Assembly: GCF_009914755.1 (NCBI RefSeq)
Contig: NC_060929.1
Length of the DNA stretch: 64,000 nt
Direction: 5' to 3' (one strand)
Source: the human T2T-CHM13v2.0 reference genome, Homo sapiens
In this document: piece after piece, positions 1 to 11,340 of the stretch
Position numbering within the stretch: the stretch's first letter is position 1
Layout of the letters: each line of letters opens with the position of its first letter
The notes under the pieces: model-generated
Database searches by the model: none
Seen by the model: only the letters and a program-made list of their open reading frames with translations
Told to the model about the DNA's origin: nothing
Made by a program: the position numbers and the translations under genes

Positions 1-200
1 TCTCCAAAGTGCTTTCCACAGGGGCTAAATTAATTTATATTTCCACCAACAGTGTAAAAGCATTCCCTTTTCTCTGCAGCCTTGCCAGCATCTGTTATTT
101 TTTTACTTTTTAGTAATAGCTATTCTGACTGGTACGAGGTGACATCTCATTGTGGTTTAATTTGCATTTCTCTGATGATTAGTGATGCTGAGCATTTCAA
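1..200 (-). mobile_element. L1 fragment (3' part of ORF2; old L1PB/L1MA-type)
   Basis: 'ttccaccaacagtgtaaaagcattcccttttctctgcagccttgccagcatctgttat...ctcattgtggtttaatttgcatttctctgatgattagtgatgctgagcattt' matches the antisense L1 consensus as recalled. Confidence 0.85.
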
Positions 201-767
201 AAACATTTTTCTAGAAAGGCTATACAGTTTTCTAGGTTATGGCTAAGTCGGGATAGATTTCATCAAAGCCATGTTGTCAGATATTTAAGAAGGGTACTTG
301 CTTCCCTGCATGCTTGTTTGTGTTTAGCGGAAGGCAGAGTCCGCCTCTGCTATGGGCAGACCTGTTTTATTCTCTACCCCTGAACCACACCCATGCCCAG
401 ATGTCATTTTTCATGAATGGACAGGTATAAGGGAGACTGTATCTATAAGCACAAAGTTTGGGGACCAGAACAGGTGGATAGAGATGGCAACATCATAGAA
501 GTGGGAGATGGTGACAGGTTGGCAATTGCTCAACCCTGTCCCAGGCCTGACTTGAGCCTTAGTGAGTGAGAGAGAGCAAGAGAGAGAAAGCTGTTGTTAG
601 GGCTTGTGGGACTCAGAACACAAGAAATGCCACTTTGGGACCTACGAAGAGGGTGTTTCCACTTCTGCTTAGCTGTGGCCTTGGGCAGTGGCCCTGACAG
701 ATAATGGCCATCATTATCATCTAAAATAGCTGCAGCAAAGGTAGACTCCTGTGTGAATCGGTGTCCC

Positions 768-944
768 TAGGTGTGCTGCAGCTGGCTCACACTGGCACCG
801 TGAGAGCCTTTGCAAGCCAAGTGTTCAACCATCAGGAGCTGAAAATCCACCACAGTGATGGGAGTAGCTATACTGTGGAAATCTACAAACAATACACATC
901 AGGGCTTTTGTCTTTTTGGAGAGCTGTTTTGCCAGCACACCACT
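768..944. mobile_element. MER63-like hAT MITE
   Basis: Ends 'ggtgtgctgcagctggctc...' and '...ccagcacaccact' resemble the CAGTGGTGTGCTGG terminal inverted repeats; subfamily from memory. Confidence 0.5.
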
Positions 945-1184
945 TTAGAGGATACACTTCAACTGGGAAACCTGAGGAGGTATTAGGAATGAAGGTGTGG
1001 ACAGGTTATAGGAAACCACAGGGAACAGTGACCTAGGGGCTCGCAATGTTGGTTGAGGGCTGAGGGAAGGGAGCTCTGTCCAGGATCAGCAGGAGAATCT
1101 TCTTGAGAGGGGATGCTCCCAGCCTGGGGAGACCCTCAGGGAAGGAACTGGGGAATGGACTGCTATGCTCACTCTCCTGGAATG

Positions 1185-2101
1185 TGTTGATGAAAAAGCC
1201 AAACTCTGCAAATTATTTGAAGAGATTTGTTCTGAGCCAAATGTGAGGACCATGACCTGTGACAAGGCTTCAGAAAGTTCTGAGAACATGTGTCCATGGT
1301 GGTTGAATTACAGCTTGATTTTATAAATGTTAAGGAGACAGAAGCTACAGGCAGACATCAATGAATACACATAAGATTTACATTGGTTCAGCCCAGAAAG
1401 GCAGGACATCTCAAATGGGGATGGATTCAAAGATTTCCTGGTGGATTCAAAGATTCAAAGGTGGATTCAAAGATTTCCTGAATAGCAATTGGTTGAAATA
1501 ATTAAGTTTTGCCTAAAGAGTTGAAGTCAACAGAAAGAACCACGAAGGGGGGTTATGGAAACTAAGGTTATTATTATATAGATGAAGCCTCCAGGTAGCA
1601 GGCTTCAGAAAGAATAAATGATAAATGTCTCTTACCAGAACTTAGAAGGTCTGATTAGACTCTTAGTTAAATCTCTCTGGGATGAGAAAAAGACTTAGAA
1701 AGGGAAGGGGAGTCTCTGCAGAATGTAGATTTTCCCCACAAATGACAACTTTGCAGGACTATTTCAAAATATGTCAAATAAATATAGTTTGGGGTTAAAA
1801 TACTTGTTTCTTTCAGAGCCTGCTATCTGTCATGTGATGCTATACTACAGTCAGGTTGGAATTTGGTATTTATTACTACAAAGAGTCTGTTTGTCATCTT
1901 AAGACCTCTGTTTTAATGTTAATGCTGGTAAGTTGTGCCTGAATACCAAAGGGAGGAAGGTATTTTATTAAGAGGCATGTCCAACATCCCCTCCCCATTA
2001 TGGCCTGAACTAGTTTTTCAGGTTTCTTTGAAATCCCCTTGGCCAAGAGGTGGGATCCATTCAGTCAATCAAGCGGCTTAGCATTCTATTTTTGGCGTAC
2101 A
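1185..2101 (-). mobile_element. ERV1 solo LTR, MER4 group (MER4D/MER4B-like)
   Basis: Begins 'tgttgatgaaaaagccaaactctg' (reverse complement of the MER4 3' end) and ends 'ctatttttggcgtaca'; ~915 bp; clearly homologous to the LTR at 2503-3110. Confidence 0.85.
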
Positions 2102-2502
2102 GACCCTTCTGCAGACACCTGATCTCCTTTGGTTGAATCCAACTGGTAGACAGACAAAGAGCTTGTTGCTGCAGTCCCCAGTGATCAGTTTCCAGGGCAG
2201 AGCCAGCTAGAGAGTGAGGAGGGGTCAGGAGGGGCTTACATAGATATCAGTCCATCTCCCTGTGTATGTGGCTTTGGGACAGGAAAACTAGGTAAGAGCA
2301 AAAAAAGAGGGCTTGAGCACATGGGGACTCCCTGCAAATCCCCCAGAAAATATTTGTAGGGGTCTGAAAGGTATGTAGGTAGGGACTCTAAACATTTGTA
2401 AGTCAAATTTTATGTGGCTAATTTGGAGCCCCAGGCTGGTAAGAGCTCAGGAAACTCAGGTTCCATAAACAGTGCCTCATTAAATATTCTTTGCATAAAA
2501 TA

Positions 2503-3110
2503 GGTTGATGAAAAGAGTCAAACTCTGTAAAATATTTGAAGATATTTATTCTAAGCCAAATATGAGTGACCAATGGCCCATGATGCAGCCCTCAGGAGAC
2601 CTTGAGAATATGTGCCCAAGGTGGTCAGGGCACAGCTTGGTTTTATACATTTTTGGGAGACATCAATCAAATACATTTAAGAGATGGCTTGGTTCAGTCC
2701 AGAAAGGTGGGACAACTTGAAGAGGGGGCTGCCAGGTTATAGGTAGATTTAAACATTTTCTGATTGGCAATTGGTTGAAAGAGTTATAATCTATAGAAAG
2801 GGATGTTGGGGTTATAATAAGAGGTTGTGGAGACTGAAGTTTTATGATGCAGATGAAGCCTCCAGGAAGCAGGCTTCAGAGAGAATAGATTGTAGATGTT
2901 TCTTATCAGACTTAAGGTTTGTGTTGACGTTAAATGCTGGTCAGCTTTTCCTGAAATCCAAAAGGGAGGAGGGCATAATGAGGCATATCTGGACCCCTCT
3001 TTCCATCATGACCTGAACCAGTTTTTCAGGTTACTTTTGGAATGCCCTGGTGAGAGAAGGGATCCATTCAGATGGTTGGGAGGACCTTAAAATTTTATTT
3101 TTGGTTTACG
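2503..3110 (-). mobile_element. ERV1 solo LTR, MER4A-like
   Basis: 'gttgatgaaaagagtcaaactctgtaaaatatttgaag...ttcagatggttggg...aaaattttatttttggtttac' is the reverse complement of the recalled MER4A ends. Confidence 0.88.
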
Positions 3111-3718
3111 AATGTTTGCACACTTTTTGTTATTTCCCTAGAATAAAGACTGGACCTCCAAGCCAAAATTCTAGGGCAAAAGGTTTCTACATTTTTAAGA
3201 TTTTGGTATATATTTCACACCTTTTACCAGAATACCGATACCAATTCTTGTACTCACTGCTGGTAGAGGAGACTGGTTAATTTCACACATAATCACCAAT
3301 TCTTAACACTCTTAAATTTGGAAATATGTGTCTTTTGGCTAGGTGAAAACTCTTTCATCTGTTTTTAAATTTGCTTTCTTTAGATTACTAGCAAGATTGT
3401 ACAGTCCTTTATATGTTCATTGGAAGTGAAATATTTTATTTGTCCCAAATTGTGATCAGGAATAAATAAGAAGCCCCTGTTTTAGACCATTCTAACTGTC
3501 CTTTTTCTCTGGCAAGATTCAGAGGCCCAATCTTCATCAGCTGCTCTAAGTGGTTCAGGTCAGGACCGGCTCCAGGGGCTGAATGCCCCACCCCAATCCC
3601 TCCCAGCCTCTCAGCATGGGCAGGGGGTTTTGAGATTATAAACAGGTTATTCTGTAAACTTTCTTTGCTGAGCCATAGAATGTCAGCCCTCTAAGGGCCC
3701 TTAGAGGTCATCTAGGCT

Positions 3719-4271
3719 TGTTGCTGGAAAAGAGGGTCCTGATCCAGACACCTAGAGTGGATTCTTGGATCTCACGCAGGAAATAATTCAAGGAGAGTCA
3801 CAGAGGACAGCGAAAGAAGCAAGTTTATTGGAAACTACTTTGTTACAGAGTAGGGCATCCTCAGCAGGAGGAGGAGCATGCCATCCTTTGTGAGTGTGTC
3901 TACTTGCAAGAAATTAGAAGGAGCTCTACACTTGGAATGTGTAGATGTGCTTACCAAAGGTAAGGGCTATTGGTGTTATCAATGACCATGAATCTTTTAC
4001 CCTAAGCCTGCTAACCGATGTTATCTTTAAGTAAAATTGGCTGTACTCTTAAGATATCCGGACATTGTACAGGCTTGGTGGGAGATGCTCTGTATGGCCA
4101 TAAATATTACATAATTATAAGTGGTGGTCAGCTTAGAATTTGGCTATTTTCAGACCATTAGCATTAACCTTAAACACGCTTTGTGAATGCCTGCCTGCTC
4201 ACTTCAATATGGAGTCACTCTAGTCGCATTTTATTAAACCAGAGGCCTGGTAAACAGGGGTTTCTATAACA
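3719..4271 (-). mobile_element. ERV1 solo LTR (MER4-group/LTR8-MER51-like 3' end; subfamily uncertain)
   Basis: TG...CA termini; 'gggtcctgatccagacacc...ttcttggatctc' motif; antisense AATAAA (tttatt); flanked by ggct/ggcc, an imperfect 4-bp TSD. Confidence 0.8.
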
Positions 4272-5013
4272 GGCCTACATGACCACTTTGTCCTTGAGTA
4301 ATGTTTTCTATTTACAAAGTAATAGAGGTAAGTCATAGAGAACTTGATAATACAGAAAAGTAAAAAAGGGGGAAAATAAAAATCAATCAAGATTCAATAT
4401 CCTGAGGAAACCACAGTCAAAATATTAGTGGATTATGTTCTAAAGATTGATACAAATCCTTTCTAAAAACAAACTTAGGAATATACTATACAATTTAAGA
4501 TGTGTTCTTATTTTAAATAGAAACACTTTCCCCATTTATGTAATATTGCTTTTCAAAATACCAGTACTTCATGGCCCTATAATAGTCCATCATATAGATA
4601 TGTCATAAAATGTTTTACTATTTCCTCTTCTGAGACATTTAAGCTATTTTCCAGGTTTTGCTATTATAAACTACTCTCCAGTGATGATCTGTTCATGTCA
4701 TCTTTGCTCACCTCTCTGATTATTTCCTTCCAACAGGTTCCTAAAAGCATGATCAGAGCCAAAGAATATTAGCCATTAAAAGCCTCTGCCTCTTCTCTTT
4801 TTCTGGAAGCATAGGATCTGATAAAATACACACCTCTGTTCTGTTGGTGAGCCATGTGAGCTCAGACAGGTGCAGTGATTTGCCCAAAGCCACATAGCTT
4901 TGTTAGACCAGGGATTGGAATTCAGGCCTGTCTCGACAGCCTCTCGTGAGTGCCAGAACCCAGCCAGGAGTCCATGCTTCCTGACTCCTATGCCATATTC
5001 TTGCCTTATTCCT

Positions 5014-5382
5014 TGCATTAGTCCGTTTTCACACTGCTATAAAGATACTACCCAAGACTGGGTAATTTATAAGCACCAGAGGTTTAATTGACTCACAGTT
5101 CTGCATGGCTAGGGAGGCCTCAGGAAACTTACAATCACGGAGGAAGGAGAAGGGGAAGCAGGCACCTCTTCACAAGGTGGCAGGAAAAAGAGAGAGAAGC
5201 CCAGGGGAAATTACCATTTATAAGACCATCAGATCTCATGAGAACTCCCTTACTATCATGAGAACAGCATGGGGGAGACTTCCCCCATGATCCAATCACC
5301 CCCCACCAGGTCCCTCCCTCAACACCTGGGTATTACAATTCAAGATGAGATTTGGGTGGGGACACAGAGCCTAGCCATATCA
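5014..5382 (-). mobile_element. MaLR solo LTR (THE1D/MSTA-like)
   Basis: 'ttagtccgttttcacactgctataaagata...gggtggggacacagagcctagccatatca'; perfect 5-bp TSD ttcct at 5009-5013 and 5383-5387. Confidence 0.93.
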
Positions 5383-5419
5383 TTCCTCTTTGTAGAATAT
5401 TTCTCCACTAGTGAGAACT

Positions 5420-5600
5420 CTCAATTACTGATCACCAACATGTGCCAAGAACTGTGCTAAGTACTTGAACTGCAGTATCTCATTTGATCCTGACCCTTTG
5501 AAGTGGTTACTGTGGTTATCCTAATTTTATAGATGGGGACACTGAGGTGGAAACACAGCATTTCTTGTCCAAGGTCATGATGTTAGCACCTTAGAGCCGA
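5420..5600 (-). mobile_element. MIR fragment
   Basis: 'tctcatttgatcct...attttatagatggggacactgagg' MIR core. Confidence 0.65.
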
Positions 5601-5624
5601 AACCCCCATTCCTTCTTGTCTGAG

Positions 5625-5822
5625 CAGTGTGGTCCAAACAGAACTTTCTGTGGTGGTGGAAATGTTCTATAACTTTAAGCCATTCGATACAATAGCCACT
5701 AGCTACCTATGGCTGTTGAGCACTTAAATGTGAACAGTGTAAGTGGAGAACTAAACTTTTAACCTTAATTAATGTAAATGGAAATAGCCACATGTAACTA
5801 GTGATATTGGATAGGTATCTCT
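5625..5822. mobile_element. MER3 (hAT-Charlie MITE)
   Basis: 'gtccaaacagaactttctgtggtggtggaaatgttcta...tagccactagctacctatggctgttgagcactt' matches recalled MER3. Confidence 0.75.
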
Positions 5823-6316
5823 GGAGCCTTAAGTTTCCCTGTTCCCTCCATCATAGCCTGACTCAGGCAGCTCTGAAGAGGGCTCCCCTACCATCCTTGG
5901 ACCTCAGCCTGGGGTGGGACTCAGAATAGCCCTCCTAACACGCCTTGCTAATCCTGAGCCAGAGACTCTCTCTGAGCCAGGACCTTGTGCCTGAGACAGA
6001 TTCTTCAGCTGCCTACAGGGCTGGCAGTCCCAGGAGCTACTTCCTGTGGGCATTTACAAAGACACACTGCAGAGAGAGGCTTTTTAATCCCCTTTTGTTA
6101 CACATTAATGAAAATGTATGTCTGTAATCCATAAATAATAAGATTGCTCCTGCAAAGCTCAAGGTCTACATTTACACTCAGAGTGAATATTATTATGAAC
6201 TTCACTAGAATCTTCTCTGGGAGTTCTCAGCAGAGCACCATCTCCCAGAAGACTCTGTCTCTAAGGAGGGAAGTGAAGGAGCATAAAAGGACTGATTTTT
6301 TAAAAATCAGCATTTA

Positions 6317-6619
<303 letters not shown>

Positions 6620-6677
6620 TTACTGAGTGCCTTCTTCATGCCAGGCCCTGCACTAGGCCTGGCACATGGCTCCCTAC

Positions 6678-7143
6678 GGTACTTTCATAGAGTTGCTGTG
6701 ACACAAATCACTACAAACTGGGTGGGTGGTTTAAAGCAACAGAAATGTATTTCCTCACAGCTCTGGAGGCCAGAAGTTCAAAATCAAGCTGTCAGCAGGC
6801 CCGTGCTCCCTCCAAAGGCTCTAAGGGGAAAATCCTTCCTTGCCTTTTCCAGCTTCTGGTAGTGGCAGGCACTCCTTGGCTTGTGGCTGCAGCACTCCAG
6901 GCTCTGCCTCTGTCTTCATGTGGCCTTCTCCTGCTCTGTCAGTGGCTTCTTCTCTCCTGTCTCTGATAAAGATACTTACTGTTGGATTTAGGGCCCACCC
7001 AGGTAATCAAAGAAGAGCTCAAGATCCTTTGTTTAATAATGTCTACAAAGACTCTTTTTTTTCCTAATAAGATCATATTCAAGGTACCAGAAATTTGGAC
7101 ATGGACATATCTTTTGTGGGGACCCCATTCAAGTCACTATACT
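6678..7143 (-). mobile_element. MaLR LTR (MLT1C-like)
   Basis: 'gctgtgacacaaatcactacaaactgggtgg...aacagaaatgtatttcctcacagctctggaggccagaagttcaaaatcaag...ggatttagggcccaccc'. Confidence 0.8.
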
Positions 7144-7189
7144 CATCTTATTCAATCTATATAACAACTCTGAGAGGGAGGTGAATTAG

Positions 7190-7658
7190 CCACGATGGAC
7201 TAACTGCCGCAACCACCCCAAGGTTTTAATGGTATTATACAATAACAGGGCATTTCTAACTCGTGGGAAGTCCAATATGGATGTTCCTGCTTGGGAGGCT
7301 GTCCTCTAGGTGGTTGCTGGGGGAACCAGGCTTCTTCCATCTGTGGCTGCACCATCCTGTGGCCTTGAGGTCCCCCTGGAGTTATCCAGCAGGTAGACTG
7401 GGAGCAGGAGAGGCAGAGAGAGCACGTGAATCATTGAACATCTGATACACAGACACATTGGCCTGGAAGTGACATACGTTACTGATCCTTACATCCCATT
7501 GGTGAGGACTAGTCATGTGGTCTGCCCAGCTGCAAGGGAGTCTGGGAAATGTAGCCCCTGAAGGCTCAGTGGCTTCTCAGCATGAGTATCACACTCTTGG
7601 GATGGAGGCAGGGGGAAAGCACCACACCTTGTTGGTCAGCTGGCCACGGCTGCCACAG
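7190..7658 (-). mobile_element. old MaLR LTR (MLT1 family)
   Basis: 'ccaggcttcttccatctgtggct...cccattggtgaggactagtcatgtgg...gcaagggagtctgggaaatgtag' motifs. Confidence 0.6.
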
Positions 7659-9203
7659 TGTCATTCATTTACTTATTCTTCATTCATGTAATTCATTATT
7701 TCACTCATTTTTCAGAAGAGAACTTTGAGGCTCAGGAAAGTTAGGTGATTTCACTGTCACAGAGCATTTAAGTCACAGTTCAATTATTATTTATTAAGGG
7801 GTGCTGAATTAGGTGCCCCTCGTTCATGTACGCCTGTTCCATCTTTGGATTTAACCCACTATATGATTTATCTATATGCGTGCCAGGAACATGATTGGTA
7901 AGACTGATTTACACCACCTCCCAAATTGTACTTTGGCTCTCAGTTCTCCTCCCTCTCTCATTTGTCCCTTTGGAGAATGGGTAGAGAGAGCTAGAGCTGG
8001 AAAGGCAGGAGGCAGAGAGGTACCAGAGATAAGAGCCAGAAAGGGAGGGGGTGACAGAAAGATAGAAAGAAACTCCACGTGGGCCAGATGTCCTAGAAAA
8101 GTTTTCCTAGTTTGACATGTATGGGATTTTGGAGCAGATTCAGTTAGGAAAGATTCAAGAGCAGAGGAAAAATACGAGAAACATAACTGAGAATTGTGAA
8201 CATGATCTTCTTTTATGTGTTTATGGAAAAGCAGTGACTTTCTTCTGAATTTGTTTAAAGTCCTTTTGTGTGCTAGACTGTACATCTTGACTATGACCCC
8301 ATACAGAGGGATGGGGCTGTAGGCAGCATGACCACAGGTCCCCATCAGCCATGGAAAGGCCCTGTTTACTCCTGTCATCTCCTTTTACTCTCAAATGTGC
8401 CCTAGTTTGAGTAAATGAAGTGGCCATCCTAACTTTGGAGGACAGTGGCTTTTGAGTGTATAGGTCTCCTTCCCAAGGCCAAGTGCTCCTCTGGGATGGA
8501 AGCCGTGGTCAGCTTATCTCTGAATGTTCAGGCATAGCTCAGGCCCTAATGCATAGCAGGTGCCCAAGAAATGAATGCAGAAGCCAGGAAGAACCGAACT
8601 ATAGTTTGAGCTCAGGCCTTTACACTCCAAATGCCAGATTCCTCCTACTACGCCGGCTTTGGTTGAGGAGCTCTTTGAACACAGTGAAGCAATTAAAGAG
8701 TGACTCCTGGTGTGGAGCCACCTGCACTGCATACCAGAGGGATTCACAGAGGGGAGCTGCATATTGTAGTAGAAAACAGCTCCTAAGCTTCCCACTTCAG
8801 AGCCTGTGGGGAAGAAGCAGAGTGGGGCTGAGGACCGCCCTCCAGAAACCACTGTCTTGGTCCTGCACTAGAGCACATGGCTTAAGTCTCCTCCTGCATC
8901 TCTTGTGGGCAGGAGGCAGGGGATTATAATGAGGTCCTAACTCTGAACACAAACATGCCAGAGAGGTTTGAATTAGAACTCTCCAGAGAGGAAAATTAAG
9001 CTTCAGGTTTTAGTTTTTAAAATGTGCATTTATTTATCAGTGTAAATAGCTTAAGCACAGTCTTAAAAATTGGAAACTAATAAAAAATCATCTATAATTC
9101 TACCATTTAATAAATGTACTATGTGCATTTATAAATTTTTTTCCAAGATTTTTTTTTCCCTTTGTAAATGGTTTTTCTGTACATAGTTATCATCATAGGC
9201 TGG

Positions 9204-9647
9204 TGTATTGGTTATCCATTGCTGTGTAACAAGCAGCCTCAAAATGTAGTGGCACCAGATGCTCAGGATTCTGCTGAGTGGTTCTTCTGGGCTGGGCTAG
9301 GCTGATCTCAGCTAGGATCACTCATGTACTTGCAGTCAGTCGGTCCCAGGGGCCTCCCTTGTGTCAGGTGGTTGCCTGGCTATCATGGGTGACAGGCTAG
9401 TGACTATGCCATGTGTTTCTCAGCAGGCTAGACGAGCCTGTTCTCATGGTGACAAGATGCAGAAGCAGTAGGGGAAGCAGAAGCTGCAAGTCCTCTAGAG
9501 GTCCAAGCTTGAAACTCACACTGTCACTTACAAGCATTTGATTGGTCCAAGCAGATCATGAGGCTAGCCCAGACTCAGTGGGGTAAAGAAAGTTTATTTC
9601 TTGATGGAGGAACTACAAAATATTGTGGCCATTTTTGCAATCTATCA
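9204..9647 (-). mobile_element. MaLR LTR (MLT1H/MLT1G-like)
   Basis: 'tgtattggttatccattgctgtgtaacaa...ggctagcccagactc...ggccatttttgcaatctatca'. Confidence 0.75.
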
Positions 9648-9699
9648 GGACTGCGTGAAGTTTTTTACCTTTCCATTTTTAATTTATTATCGCATTATG

Positions 9700-10020
9700 A
9701 TTTTTTCCTTACTAATACAAAGGATTCATGACATTATTTGGATAGTAGACAGACTACAGTTTACTTAAGCATCTCCCAATTATTAAACATAAAGATGACT
9801 TCCGGTTCTCCAGCACATAAATAAAGCTGCATGGAACATCTTGATGCAGACAGGTATTTCTGTAATTTTGATTGTTTCCTTGGGATAGACTCCCAGAAGT
9901 GGATTCAACCAGGCATAAATGGTTTTTGATATTCTGATAAATGAAAGAAATATGGATTAAATAATACATATGCCAAATTGCCCTGCAAAATTATGCTGCT
10001 TTACCTCCAGCCACAGAGAG
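9700..10020 (-). mobile_element. old L1 (L1M) fragment
   Basis: 'aacatcttg...tttccttgggatagactcccagaagtgga...tgccaaattgccctgcaaaa' is an antisense L1M-like signature. Confidence 0.55.
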
Positions 10021-10029
10021 AAAAGGGAT

Positions 10030-10339
<310 letters not shown>

Positions 10340-11169
10340 TGAGAAGAGGGATTCTCAGCAGCAGCCTGGACTCAGGCATCCTTGCAGGGCCTCCTGGCTT
10401 CTCTTGATTCATTTTGTTTTCCTGGTGCCTCATGCCAGGAAGCTGGAATGAAGCACAACTGGGCAGACCCTTCCTTGGGCAAAAGTATTAGTGTCTGTGG
10501 TCATTGTTCTCTGACAGTCAGTTCTGTGGTACATAACGATTGGTTCAGGCCCCTGTGATCTTCTTGTCCATGTGAGACTGGATGAGGAGTCTCCTGGACC
10601 AGTGATGGTAACACCTGCACCCTGAGCTGGGGAGCAGGTGGTATCACAGACGAGCTCCCATCCCAGGCTGGCTCTCACAGTCCCTTTCCACAGCTGTGTT
10701 ACCAGCCCCTGCTCAATCATGTTTCCATGTGATTCTCATGGAAACCTTGTGTGATTGGCAACACCAAGATTTGTCCCACATCCAGATAGAGACTAGGGGC
10801 TAGAATACCTCTCCCCTGCCCGTTTCTCCGGGCTTGACATTTCAGCCAGACACCTCTTCCACTTCCTCAAAACTTATCTGTCTCCTCTTTTACTTCCTCA
10901 GTTCCTTGTTTGTCTAAAACACCAGCTAACTGATAATTGCATTTATAGTTACTATGTTTTCCTCCTAGATAACAAGCTTCATTGAAGATTTTCTAAAAAT
11001 ATTTGGCTCTAATATAAGGGAAATTGGGATCACCATGAGCAGTGAGTTGGTGGGAGAGAGATTGGGGGTACGTTTATGGAAAATCACGGATCCGTGGGTC
11101 TGGAAGTTAAAAGAGGACTGGCCCTTTGAGCAAATAAATGAAGAGTAAGCTGGAGAGCTTGTGTGTATA

Positions 11170-11340
11170 GCATTTGAGGGCAAGGGCTCTGGAGTTCAAC
11201 ACACTCAGCCTCAAATCACCTACCCATTATTGGTCGTGTAAATGTGGCCAAGTTACTTGACTGCTCTGTGCCTTGGTTTTTCCATCCCTAAAATGGACAT
11301 AATAACCCATACAGGGTTATTATAAGGATTTTGACAAGAA
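11170..11340 (+). mobile_element. MIR
   Basis: 'aagttacttgactgctctgtgccttggtttttccatccctaaaatgg...agggttattataaggatt'. Confidence 0.65.

Noticed and set aside
1185-3110. The two MER4-type LTRs as the 5' and 3' LTRs of one provirus
   Set aside because: They differ greatly in length (~915 vs ~610 bp) and sequence, and the ~400 bp between them shows no primer-binding site or internal ERV sequence. They are independent solo LTRs.
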